Shown: positions 1 to 13,328 of the stretch, one piece after another
Numbering within the stretch: the stretch's first letter is position 1
Layout of the letters: every line of letters begins with the position of its first letter
Origin: the human T2T-CHM13v2.0 reference genome, Homo sapiens
Direction: 5' to 3' (one strand)
Length of the DNA stretch: 64,000 bases
Assembly: GCF_009914755.1 (NCBI RefSeq)
Contig: NC_060928.1
The notes under the pieces: generated by a model
What the model was told of the DNA's origin: nothing
Seen by the model: only the letters and a program-made list of their open reading frames with translations
The model's database searches: none
Translations under genes and position numbers: made by a program

Positions 1-189
1 ACGTACATCATTTGTTAGAGCCCCTAAATATTGGTAATGATGATGATGATATTATAGCATGAATTACTTTACGTTGAACATTGGCCTAAGTGCTTTAAAC
101 ACATTATTTGCCTAGCATTTACAACATTTTTGTAGGTATTATTTGTCACAATTACATTTTCTTGTTCTATGATATAATTTGTTTTGATA

Positions 190-380
190 TCGTATTAGTT
201 TTCTATTGTTCCCCTACTGAATTACCACAAATTTATTACATTGTGGGATTGTAAGTCTGAAGTCCAATAGGGGTCTCACTAGCCTAAAGTTAAGGTGTCG
301 GCAGGACTGTGTTCTGTTTTGGAGACTCTAGGAGAAAATCTGTCTCCTTGCCTTTTCCAGCTTCTTGATGCCATTCATAG
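190..380 (-). mobile_element. MaLR LTR fragment (MLT1-like)
   Basis: Diverged match to recalled MLT1 motifs (ctaaagttaaggtgtcggcagg, ggagactctaggagaaaatctg, ttgccttttccagcttct). Confidence 0.6.
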
Positions 381-439
381 CTTCTTTCATGATCTGGCAT
401 CCTATACGTTATACTTATTTTCTGATTATATTTTGCCTA

Positions 440-950
440 ACCTCTGTGAGATATTAATTATTTGAGGGCAGAGATTTTTATTTGTTTGTTCATAACTATA
501 TCCAGGTGCCTTAAAATGATGCCTGACACAAAATAGGTACTCAATCAACATAGGTTAATAAATGAATGAGCAAAAAGTTTTATTGTGCATATTAATTGTT
601 ACCTGGGGGAATATACTCAGACATCTTAAGTCTCATATGTAAACTTGGGGTATTGATATCAACATGCCATTTTGAGGATTAATTGAGGTTATGTCTATAA
701 ATACCTACTAGCATAGTGTCTAGCACATAGTATGAAAACATTGTATTATTATTATTTATTAAAATGGCATTTTGTTTTCTTTATAGCACCTGACACTATC
801 CAAATTGCCTTTTCTGTTTCTTTTCTTTTTACTTATTTCTTAATTGTTTCACAAAGGCAGAGTCTTGTATGCTTTGCCTCTATGTCTTTAGTACCTAGAA
901 TAGTGCCTGTTTAAAAGTAGGAGCTGAATAAATGTTTGCTGAATTAATAT
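440..950. mobile_element. Cluster of L2 3'-end and MIR fragments
   Basis: gcctgacaca..taggtactcaat..aatgaatga and gtacctagaatagtgcctg..aataaatgtttgctgaat (L2-like); gaggattaattgag..catagtgtctagcacatagta (MIR-like). Confidence 0.55.
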
Positions 951-2595
951 TAATCATGTGTAGGAAAAGAAGCTTGGGAATGTTATTCTACCACCCACAG
1001 CTGTGCCCACTATTATGATGGTTGTTTTGTGTGTTCTTTCTCAAGGATTCACTTTCAGAACTCAAAATGGGGTGTAGGGTGGTGGTGGTGCCAGCAGTGG
1101 GGATGGGAGAAGCTCGATCTCTCCCTACAGTAGAAGTGCTTACTGCTCTATGTGTTCTTCAGCCCTATAAGAACCAATGAAAGCCATCCACACCTCCCTC
1201 GATACTGGACATCCCTACATACTCACAGCAGTCTGCAAAACATATCCAAGGGCCCACTGAGACACTGAAGATGACCCATTGATTTAATACATATTTGCAA
1301 GGCTCTGATTGAGAACCTCTGGACAGGCGCTTATCTAGAGGTTACAGTGTGTGACTAACACGACACAGTTTAGGATTTATGTAACAGGAATATGCTATAG
1401 GGAGAGAAAGAACAGAAGACCTCAGTTGACACGGTGGAATTGGAGTGAGAGAGATTTCCATGAAGCCAAGTAAATAGTATTTTGGAGAGTGAAGGAGGAG
1501 ACATCATCCTTAACTTCAATATTATTATCCTGTGTAGATTCATACTTTGTGTATTTTTTACTTAAGAGAAAAAATAGTAATAATATTCGCTAGGAGAAAC
1601 ACTTTGAAGAAAGAAATAAGTCCAGGAGCCCTGTAATGTACTTTTCCTCTATTTATTTCCCACATAAAATTAAAGCTGTTTTAGTTCTCATCGCATTTAT
1701 CATCTTGAACTCATTTGCCACATTATTTTATTTAAATATTCCTTAACCTACAGAGAGTGGACTTAACTGCTAAAAAGTACTTAATACATGTTCCCAAGGA
1801 ACTGCTTCAATTACCACTGCACAAAGGTTTGTTTGTTTTTAATAATACAGTATTATTACTAGAAGTATCATCAAGTCATGGAATGGTCAAAATATTCTTA
1901 CTTCTATTGCTAGGGTGTTAGAAAGGACTCTGGACTACTTGATGTCTAGATGCAGATAAAAAAAGCAGCTGTTCACTTCACATAAAGTAGCCGCTACTGC
2001 TTAAAGGTAAGGGTAAATCTTGTTCACTGTGGATGAAGGTTACTAAAGAGAAGGACTAACATATAAAATAGGTTCAAATATATACGGAGATATAGACTTA
2101 AAAAATTAAGACTTCTCCTTCAATTAATATTCCAAGAAAAGAAACTCCATATTGCCATCTAAACACAGAAGCTTTTCTGTAATGGTATTCCAGTGAAAGT
2201 CATTTAAATTCGAATAGAAAAATTTAACTTGAGATCTGCCCTTATGAAAAGTGGTGAGAATTCAAATAGTTCTGGAACCCTATTTGTCATATCACTTCCT
2301 GAAAGGATACTCAATCTCTTAATTTTTTTCTATTATTTTGTACTTTATGGAAAAATATTTAGGAAGATTATAGAAAGAAAATTTTTAGGAAGTAGCGTCT
2401 CTAGTTTTCCTAAAATTTATGTCAAACCCGGCATTATTTATTTTACATATAAAAAGATCATAACTTTTACTCTTTGTTAAAACTATATTAAAACAAAAGA
2501 GAAGCAACCCACTAAATAATAATTGATTAATTTCATTTGGAGGTCTTCTATGTTTAGTATGTTTATGGACTTTTTAAACACTGAGGATTCACTAA

Positions 2596-2893
<298 letters not shown>

Positions 2894-3230
2894 GAGAATT
2901 TGCTTTTAAATGAGAAAGACACAATACCTGCCTTCGGAAAGTTCCCTGTCAAATTTTAGAAATAAATAATTAAACAAAGTTTATAGGCATAATAAGTCAT
3001 AATATTCTTGAAAAGATATGCAGAGGGTTCCAAAGGAGCACCAACCAACCAGAGGGGAAAATATGGGGGCAACAGAGAGGCAAGAGGTGATATGAGAGAG
3101 AAAGCCTGAGCTGGAACACAGAGCCAGGTCATGAATCTGAAGGCAGGAACAACTCTGTCAGCTGTGAGACATGAATTTGGAAGGCTGCTGGGAGAGAAAA
3201 GCAGAGATTAGTCGTGCAATTATCTACTTA

Positions 3231-3532
<302 letters not shown>

Positions 3533-4119
3533 TATATATATATATATTTTGAAGTCTAGAGATGAATTCCAGAAATAAGGTATACAGAAAGTGAAACTGT
3601 AGGACTTTGTGATTGACTAGAACTGAGGGACAAGGGAGAGGGAAAGGGAAGAGTTGAAGATGATGGAAACAATAGATTACAGGAAGAGGATCAAATTTAG
3701 GGGGAAGAAGATCAGATCATAATCAATACAACTTAATTCCACATGTTCTGAAAGTTAAATATCTCCTCTAGCCAAAAGACCCTTCCTATTTTACTTCTCT
3801 GGACCTCTTAATGTTTCTTTGATGTTTATTCCCCTGCACAAATAATTTAACCCCTTTACAGATCCAAAATTTTATAGTAGGCAAATATTGTAACCCCCTT
3901 GAAAATGTATGTTATGAATAGCCTTTGTAGGTGATATTTTTGCAGTTTGGTAACTTAGGACAAGGTCCATTTTCCTGTCCCTTGTTAAATGTCACAAGAC
4001 TTCATCTTCTCTACCTATATATCACAAAGTACCTTCTGCTCTGCTGATCACAAGGTAATTAAGTTTTGGAGTGGAGGAGTGTCTTAGGTTTATGTTCATG
4101 CATTAAATATAAAGAAATC

Positions 4120-5100
4120 TATGATTTTTAAAAAATTAACTATATTGAGGTATAATTCACTTACAATCATATGCACTCATTTTAAATGTACATTTCTTGA
4201 GTTTTGATGCATTAATAAACCCATGTAACGACCACCACAATTGAGAAATCATATATCTTCATTATTTTCCCCAATTTTCCTTTGTGCCTTTTTCTAGTTA
4301 ATTCCTTCTCCTTCTCCTCCACCTCCACCCCAGCCCCATGGGGGTAGCCATGAAGGTACACCTCTTGGATCTTTTCTCTCCAATTAGCTGCCAGGAGTGC
4401 TATTGGCCTCCTGCTGCAGCAGCAATGGGATCCACCACAGCACAGGAACCCAGACTGGCCTCCAGCCAATGACTGGGAGCAGCAAGGAAACTACAGCCCA
4501 GACATGTCTGCCTAATGCATGACTCCTCAACAAGTAACCTTTGTTGGAAGCCAAGACTTTCTTGTAACTGCACTGTAATCTGTGGCTATTCCTACCCAAT
4601 TCTCCTTCCTTCTGCCTCCCTTTGAAGTGATATCACAACTACATTGTGGTTTTTCCTTGCCTGGTTTTTCTCCTGTTCTCTTTCTACCTTTCATAGCTAT
4701 TGCCTGCAATAAATCTCTTGTGGATGGTTGTAATTCTAACACCATCTTGGAATCAGCTTCCTGAATGACTGAACTGATGCCTCTACCTCCAGCAAGCATG
4801 GATCTTGTTGTTACTATGGATGACATTTGTCTTTTCTGGAATTATAGTATGTACTGATTTGTGCCTGGCATCACACAGCATGATAGTTTTGAGATTCATC
4901 CATGTTGTTGAGGTTATCAGTAGTCCATTCCATTTTTGTTGCTAAGTAGTATTCTGCTGTATGAATACAGCACAATTGTTGATTGATTATTGTGTTGTTA
5001 CCAGTTAGAGCTATTAAGAGTAATGCTATCGTGAATAATTCTGTACAAGTCATTGTATGAACATATGCTTCCATTAATCTTAAGTAAATACCTAGGGGTA
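4120..5100. mobile_element. Old L1M 3' fragment interrupted by a probable ERVL-type LTR (~4340-4770)
   Basis: L1M-like text (tatattgaggtataattcac..., tgagattcatccatgttgttg) flanks a more GC-rich block with AATAAA near 4707. Confidence 0.5.
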
Positions 5101-5820
5101 GAACTTACAGATGAAGAAACAGAAGTACAGCATGTAAGTGACTTTGCACAAGTAGGCAGCACAGGTTTTCTGACTTTAAATCTATGCTCTTAACTCCTAT
5201 GCCGTATTGTTCTTCATGGGAAGAAAAGCTATTTTTCTTGACCCATTTAAACTTTCCATAATGTTTAATCAAAATATTCAATATTTAGGTTTAAAACAGC
5301 AAAATCTGGGATACAAGGTGTACCAACCTCAAGTAAACATGCCAGGTGTTTGGAAAAGTAGAAGAATAATGAACCTTACTACATGCAAACTGTGCAATAG
5401 TTACATGTAGAATGCATCTCAAAAAAAAAAAGGTTCCTGGAAACCACAGTGCTATGAAAAGATAATCATAGAAAACAAGGATAAATTTGAATACCACATA
5501 CTCATTTTAAGAAAAATTTTCACTGAGAGAAAAAATTTAAAGCAAGTTGATGGCATATAAACATCCTTGAAATTCTTCAAGTGAATACAAATTAGTTGAG
5601 TTAAGCATTCAGATAATTTGGGTCCTTCTCAGGTGGCCTAGCAAGTTAGTCAAAAGATAAGACCTGTAATCAAGCTGCCCTCTCTCATTACCGTCGTTAA
5701 ACTGCATAGGTAGACATAATAATCGACTTGAATAATGTACCATCAAACAACATTAAATAGTCTATCAGATCACACTGCTTATAGTACACATTAACTACTC
5801 ATATGCTTTACTATCTAAAG

Positions 5821-6050
5821 CAGGGTTGTCCAGTCTTTTGGCTTCCCTGGGCCATATTTGAAGAAGAATTAATTGTCTTGAGCCATGCATAAAATACACT
5901 AACACTCATGATAGCTGATGAGAAAAAAACAAAAACAAAACAAACAAAAAATTCATAATGTTTTAAGGAAGTTCACACATTTGTGTTGGATCTCATTCAA
6001 AACCATCCTGGGCCGCTTGTGGCCCATGGGCCACGGGTTAGACAAACTTG
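5821..6050. mobile_element. MER30-like hAT-Charlie DNA transposon
   Basis: Terminal inverted repeats cagggttgtcca / tagacaaacttg and perfect 8-bp TSD ATCTAAAG at 5813-5820 and 6051-6058. Confidence 0.85.
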
Positions 6051-6058
6051 ATCTAAAG

Positions 6059-6361
6059 CAATACCATCCATTATAATTATTCTGTGAGCCAATTATGTAA
6101 TTTTAAATTTTCTAGCCACCACATTTAACAAATTAAAAAGAACCGGGTGAATTTTATATTTTATTTGATACAACTTATTCAAAATGTTATAGTTTCTACA
6201 TGTAATCTATAAAAAAATTACTGAGAAATTTTATGGGTTTTTTTCATAATATGTCTTGAAATCTGTTGTGTATTTTACCCCTATATCTCAACTCAGGCTA
6301 GCTACTTTTGAAATGCTTGATAGCAACATGTGTCTAGTCACTATGGTATTGTACAGAGTAG
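6059..6361. mobile_element. MER33-like hAT DNA transposon
   Basis: tgtgagcca..atgtaattttaaattttctagccaccacattt...atagcaacatgtgtctagt..ctatggtattg matches recalled MER33/MER3 consensus. Confidence 0.7.
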
Positions 6362-7889
6362 GTGTAGAGATCAACAGGAAACATTTATTGAGTACCTATA
6401 TAAGAAATTATACTAGATACCAGGGAAACCAAAAAGAAAAAAAGTCATCTGTAAGAAGTTTAGCAGGAGCAACACAGTGAACAGATTCCAGCAGAGATTA
6501 TGGCAGAGATTACTGTGATCTTGGGCAAAAGTGTGTATCTTAGGAATTTAAGATTTAAGAAAGAATTTTAGGCATGAACTATATGACAAACATACATAAA
6601 GGCAGGAGAAGCCTGCTATGCTCTGGTGACAATGGATCAACCAGTATTAGAGAATTCACATGATAGATACTGAATTTCCTGGATGCTCAGTGGTTAGCTA
6701 AGTCTTAAGTTTATGAATGAACAAATGACACAAGATACAACATTAGAACGAGGATGGAGAAAAAATATAAAATCTTTAAAATATCAGTCAAACGACAAAT
6801 TCCAGCTTCTTATGAATGAAGAGCCAGTTAAATACGTTTGAATGAAAAATGACGTGTGAAGTGATATATGTGGCAGTTAAAGTTAACCAGGAGAGAAAGC
6901 TAAACTACCGCTGCACAGGCTCAGCATCTATTGCACTAATCTAGGCATGAGTTGTGTCCTATCCAAACCTTCATAATGGAAGAGATGGGGGAGAGAATGA
7001 AAGAGAGATTGGAAAAAACAAGGATCCTAAAATCATCTTATGGCTAAATTTGAGAGGGAGGGAACTATGGAGGCATCAGTGATTTATATGGTTTATATTG
7101 TAGGTCATGGGAAGTCATAAGAAAAATTCTGGTGCCAATGGTGATAACTGATATGAAGGGACTCCTTGCTTGAAGGAAAAATTAAGTTAAACTGAGACCT
7201 GTTGAAATCAAAGTAGTAGTGTGATATCTAAATAAAAATGTGTAGCGTGCAAAGAGAAATATGAGAGTGTGTATCAGGCAAGAGATCTGGCTAGAAATGT
7301 AGGCAAAGGGATAAATAGTCATAAGACTATAAGGCATTGCGGAGGGAAGAGGAAAAGCTTGGAGAATGAGTCAGAAATCCACACAATAGATTAAAGATTT
7401 AAGTTGTGAGAAAGTTTTTATGGAGAGTGTTCTGGGGAATAAATTAGAGATTAATAAAAGAATAAAAAATCAACCAGGTAGAAAGGGCATGCATCCTGGT
7501 GTGTGCAAACATGTATAGCTGCATGAATGTCAAGTTTACTATCTTACGTGGCTATATCACTATGCAAACTATAGCCTTTCATAGTACGTAAGTGAAAGCA
7601 TTAGAGGATTATCTGTGTAGTCCTAAAATCCTTTGTGAATACATCACATTGTCCTATTACATTCTTGCCCATGTTTTACATAACCAGACTGACTGTAATA
7701 TGAGTATTGTGTGTGCCCTTTGTTAATAAATCCTTGTATAAACCCCACAAGGATTTCTCTAAAGACAAACCTGGCTTGCTAAATATTACTCACTCCAGGC
7801 TAAATTTTAATAAATTCCATAAAACACTATCAGATATATTCCTGAGACTTTTGTATTTTAAGTGCTGTCTTTTCCTATTTGGTATTTGC

Positions 7890-8640
7890 ATTGGTTACTT
7901 TTGTGGGGTGTGCTGGTTTCTTCCTTCTTCCCCTTCAGACACTCCACCCCACTCCTGCACTGTGCCTGGAGAAGACGAATTGTACTGACTACACCACGGT
8001 TTTTCAACCTTGGCAGTAATGACATTTTTTAACTGGATACTTTGTTGTGGAAGGATGTCCTGTGCATTGTAGATGTTTAAAAAAATCCCTCAGTGAATCA
8101 TAGTAGCACTCCACTCCTCTCCCTTCCTCCCCTGAGCTGTGATAACCACTAATGTTCCCTGGGAGCACAATTGGCCCTGGATTAGAACCACTGCTACATC
8201 AATGCACTCCTTTTGTCTACGCTGTGAGTTTGGCCAGTGGAAACACCACAAAGAGGAAACAGGGAGGGAGGAAAGTAAGGTCAGGTGATCCATTTTCCAG
8301 ATATTGACTATTCTCGCCCTGCTAGGCCAGTGCAGGCAGGTGGTATCAGTCCAAAGATCACACAGCTCAAGTCAGGCAGCCGTCTTCACATAGGACTTGC
8401 TTGGTCATCTCTCCTTCCTTTCTCCCTCTTTTTCTGATAAATGGTAATCTCCCTGTTCATTTAGTTCATTTTGGCCTAGTGGTTATAACGGTGCTCGCTG
8501 TTGCCATCCTAAAGTATTGCACTATTCCGTGTGTTTTTCCTAACCCGGTCTAAACCTTCGTAATTAGTCCCTTTATAAAGTCTCCTCCAACTACCAAATT
8601 TGTGTGCACTGTTTGTTTTCAGCAGGAGTTATAATTGATA
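7890..8640. mobile_element. Old LTR (LTR33/LTR16-like) with nested MER20 (~7997-8193)
   Basis: MER20 hallmarks tcaaccttggca..tgacatttt, gatgtcctgtgcattgtagatgttta, agaaccactg; flanks LTR-like but subfamily uncertain. Confidence 0.55.
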
Positions 8641-9671
8641 TGATGTAAGTACATATCAAAGTATTTACAGAAAAGCAAAATTCCAAATATTGAGATGTTT
8701 TCTCTGTATTGGCCCCAATCATTGGAATGTTTTGTGCATACAACTTTATAATAATCACTGACACCTATATTATTTTCATACTTTGATTTGCTCAATGAAT
8801 GCTAGTTATAAAAAACAAGATCATTTAAAATACTTCCTTGCCTTTATTATTCTCAGGTGAAATGGAGATATGAATTTATAATAAAGAGTGACAAGTTAGT
8901 GGAATTGTAAAATAACATTATACTCAAAAAAGAAGAATAGAGATTGTAAAGAAATGAGATTGAGTCCGTAAGTAATGTATAACTGTCTCAGTATTTCATT
9001 GTCATACCTTATAAGTAAGCAGGGAAGTACAAATAGATGTGTACTTATTAATTTAGTCTTTCAGTCACTCATTGAGTCAATCAATTCTTGAGGCCAATTG
9101 TTTTTGAAGGCACTGATTGTGCTAGATACTGTGGATGTTACAAAGGTGAATAAAATGTCTTAATCTGAGGAAGAATTTACAATCTACACAGGCATGAAAA
9201 AACAAGGAAGAGTGTAGGTGAAAGGGAAATTTGAATGTGAAATCACCAAGGTCACAAAGCATGTCTCCTCAGTGCTAGCGAAGGACTATATAATAGGCTC
9301 ACAAAAATATTTGTTTAAAATGTAATTAAATGAAATTTGAAGAAAGCAGAAAATGTCTCACAATGCTATGTGGAAGTTATTAGAATAACACCCCCTTCCC
9401 AGTTCCTAATTGCATTCCTGGCATATCTTATGTACATTAATCTATAATTAAATGAAACATTAACTGCTTTATTAATGGCTACTTTAGAAGGAGTGCATTC
9501 ATTAAGGATTATTTTGAAATACAAATAATTTCCCCATAAATCTTACATTCACATATTTGGATTCTGAGTTTTACCCAAGTGGCACACAACCATAATTTGT
9601 AGGACAGGTGAAATAAAGTTCCTACTATTCTGGTACTGTATCTAGACTGAGCTTTACATATTTTTAATAGC

Positions 9672-10128
9672 TTTTTTTTTTTTTTTTGAGACAGAGCCTT
9701 GCTCTGTCACCCAGGCTGGAGTGCAGTGGCGTAATCTCACCCTACTGCAACCTCCACCTTCTGAGTTCAGGCGATTCTCATGCCTCAGTCTCCCGAGTAG
9801 TTGTGATTACAAGCATGAGCAACCGCATCTGTCTTTCTTTTCTTTCTTTCTTTCTTTCTTTTTCTTTCTTTCTTTCTTTCTGTTTCTTTCTTTCCTTCTT
9901 TCTTTCTCTCTTTCTCTTTCTTTCTTTTCTTCTTTCTTTCTTTCCTTTCTTTCATTTCTTCTGTTCTTTCTTTCTTTTCTTTCTTTCTTTTTTTTTTTTT
10001 GTATTTTTAGTAGAGACAGGATTTCACCATGTTGGCCAGGCTGGTCTCGAACTCCTGGCCTCAAGTGATCTGAGGGTCTTGACTTCCCAAAGTGCTGAGA
10101 TTACTGGTATAAGCCATCACACCTGACC
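9672..10128 (-). mobile_element. Alu with expanded internal linker
   Basis: Both Alu arms recognisable; TSD AATAGCTT at 9666-9673 and 10129-10136. Confidence 0.93.
9830..10000. repeat. (CTTT)n low-complexity pyrimidine tract inside the Alu linker
   Basis: About 170 bp almost entirely C/T. Confidence 0.95.
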
Positions 10129-10134
10129 AATAGC

Positions 10135-11370
10135 TTGTATTTTTGAAAGAAGTTTTAGGTTTGTGGAATAATTGTACTGAGATTACAGTGCATTCCCATA
10201 TACTCCATTACCCTTCCCCCAATTCCCCTATTATTATAATTTTGCATTAGTGTGGTACATTATTAAAACTTATGAAATAACATTGATACCTTATTACAAC
10301 TAAAGTCCATAGTTTATATTAGAATTCACTCTGTATTGTAAAATTCTGAGTTTTAACAAAGGTATAAGGTCATGTATCCACCATGACAGTATCATAGAGA
10401 ATAGTTTCACTGTCCTAAACATGCCATGTGCTTCACCCATTCATCCCTCTGCACTTTCTCAGAGCCCCAGGCAATCACTGATCTTTTTACTGTCTCCAGA
10501 ATTTTGTCTCTTTCAGAATGTCATATATTGGAATCATATAGAATGCAACCTTTCAAACTGGCTTACGTACCTAAGTTTTCTCCATGTGTTTTTGTGGCTT
10601 GATAGCTCATTTCTTTTTATCACTGAATAATATTCCATTGAGTACATGTGCCAGTCTTTTTGTTCATTCACCTATTGAGGAACATCTTGGTTGCTTCCAA
10701 GTTTTGGCAATTATGAATAAAGCTGCTATAAACGTGCATGTGCAGGTTTTGGTGTGGACACAGTTTACATTTCCTTTGGGTGAATATCATGTAGCATGAT
10801 TTTGGATCATATGGTGATATGGTTAGGCTTTGTGTCCCCACCCAAATCTCATCTTGAATTATAATCCCCATAATCCCCACATGTCAAGGGAGAGACCAGG
10901 TGGAGGTAACTAGATCATGAGAGCTGTTTCCCCCATGCTGTTCTCATGATAACGAGTGAGTTCTCACGAGAGCTAATGGTTTTATGTGTTTGGTAGTTCC
11001 TCCTGCATTCATTCTCCTTCCTGTCACCTTGTGAAGTAGGTGCCTTGCTTCCCCTTCTCCTTCCACCATGATTATAAGCTTTCTGAGGCCTCCTCAGCCA
11101 TGCTGAGCTGTGAGTCAATTAAATAAACCTCTTTCCTTTATAAATTTCCCAGTCTCGGGAACTTCTTTTTAGCACTGTGAAAATGGACAAATATATATGT
11201 TAAGTATAGTTTAGCTTCGTAAGAAATTGTCAACCTATCTTCCAAAGTTACTGTACCATTTTGTATTGCCAGCATTAGTGAATGAATGAAAGTTCTTGTT
11301 GCTCCACATCTCACCAGCATGCTGTGCTCTTGGTGTTTTGGATTTTAGTCATTTTAATAAGTGTTTTGTG
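10135..11370 (-). mobile_element. L1M (L1MA/MB-like) 3' region interrupted by an LTR
   Basis: cattcacctattgaggaacatcttggttgcttccaagttttggcaattatgaataaagctgctataaac and related L1 3' text. Confidence 0.8.
10815..11195 (+). mobile_element. MaLR solo LTR (THE1D/MSTA-like)
   Basis: Starts tgatatggttaggctttgtgtccccacccaaatctcatcttgaat; 5-bp TSD tatgg/tatgt. Confidence 0.88.
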
Positions 11371-13189
11371 AGCTTTACTGTTTGATAGCTGAGTTACAAA
11401 CTGGCAAGTATCCAAGCAAAGAACAGAGAACTGGAGGTTTGCTTTTCTACCGAAGGAAATATGTTGAGAATACAGGAAAGTTTCACGCTAAATGTAAATA
11501 ATTTTTTACAGTTAAACTAATAATGAGTGATTGAAAAAAGTTGACTTGTGACATACAAATGATACAAACCTTTCATTGTCCTCTCTTTCATGGGTATTAA
11601 TATTTCATTTGATAAAGATTTAAGTACTAATGACTATCAGTATCTGTTGATTGCTAGCAATTTTGAGTAGAACACTTTTTCTGATATGTATGAATATATA
11701 GACAAGAATCATATGATACACCTGGATTGTGTAATAGCCTTTATGATGCAGTAAGGCAACCACTGAACTTGGAATCAGTGAATTACAATTTGTTTCTTCT
11801 GGGTCCCTCACTAGCCCTGTGACTTTGGTCTATTTGACTTCTGTGAGCCTCAAAAGTGCATTTGTAAAATGGAAATTAAATTTTTTTCTGCCCATCTTAC
11901 TGTGAAGCTGTTGTAATAATAATATTGACAATAGCAATAATTATACTAATAAAAAGCAATTTACTGTGTATTTGAAATTATGCAAACAATTTGAAAATCA
12001 TAGCACTATATAAAATGTAACGTCACATTAGTGTTGGAGTTTACAATTTGGCAGGGAAGCTGTACAACTAACCACGGCACAATTTGATAAGCAATAAACT
12101 TCCTGTAGAGTATACGGAGAAATGGGGAGGATTATAAATATTAAGCCCTTTTGTGCCAGGCTCTGGGACCAAAATTATCCCATGTGATCTCCATCACACC
12201 TTGCAGATGTAAATTTTCTTATTCTTATTTTATACAGATGATGCAACTGAAGAACGAAGCAAGTTGTCCATGGTCACACAGCTAATAATGATAGTATTTT
12301 CCTATTCCTCATAGAAAACTGGAGACGGCCACATTATATATCCTTAACTACAGGGACCATTTCTAGAAATCAAATTTCTAGAATTCAAGCCACACCACAT
12401 ACAATATATTACCCCATAGCTTATTGATAATGCTAAAATATGGGATATCTTTGCATAGAGATCCTTAAATTGTGCTAGAATATGAGATCTTTTTGCATAG
12501 AGATCCTCTCGCATAGAGAATTCCTGCTACTCAAGAATCAATGTTAGACATTCACTCTGTGCTCACAGTGTTCTTTTCTCTTCTGTCAAAAAAAAAAAAA
12601 ACAAACAAAAAACAACCACCTTATTTTACTTGTGACCTTCAGTACCAAGTAAGACTGGATAGAATATCAAGATAAATTTGCGACAGATTTAGTGTCCTTT
12701 CTGTCGCATTATCATGGTTGCCCAGAAGTTAAGAGGTTTGGAATGATTCCAGTCTGATAAGGAGAACAAGACATTGAAGTAAGTGTCTGGAGTCTAAAAT
12801 AGATCTGGGATAGCTATTACTTTAGCTTTTCTGAGATTTAATATGGGAATGAGGTGTAAAAGAAGAGTTGAAATAACTATTACACAGAGATGCTTGTTCC
12901 TTCTTCCTAAGGCCTAAGAACATTTCTCACTCATTCTTCTATCCTAGAATTCATAATGGTATATGGCACTGCACAGAAATTCATTAAATGTTAGTGAAAT
13001 ATTACATGTGAAAGAAGGTAGTAATGTAAATAGAACCTAATATAATATTTATGGGCTCATTTATGTTCTGCATTTTCTTATAAAATTACTTTTTAGATTG
13101 TTTTGCTGCTCGAATCATTACTGGTTGCTATCTAGGGATCACCTTCAAACCCCTTTCAAAATACAATGTTTAAAAAAAATAAAAACAAG

Positions 13190-13328
13190 GGCCTGGCACA
13201 ATGGCTCACACCTGTATCCCAGCACTGTTGGGAGGCCGAGGCAGGAGAATTGCTTGAGCCCAGGAGTTCGAGGCCAGCCTGGGCAACATAGAGAGACGCT
13301 GTCTCTATAATAAATAAATAAATAAATA
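13190..13328 (+). mobile_element. Alu left monomer (FLAM-like) with (TAAA)n tail
   Basis: Single ~120-bp arm ggcctggcacaatggctcac...ctgtctcta then taaa repeats. Confidence 0.85.

Noticed and set aside
9686-10126. Phe/Leu/Ser-rich or Lys/Glu/Arg-rich ORFs here and at 28388-28726
   Set aside because: Translations of simple repeats and Alu sequence
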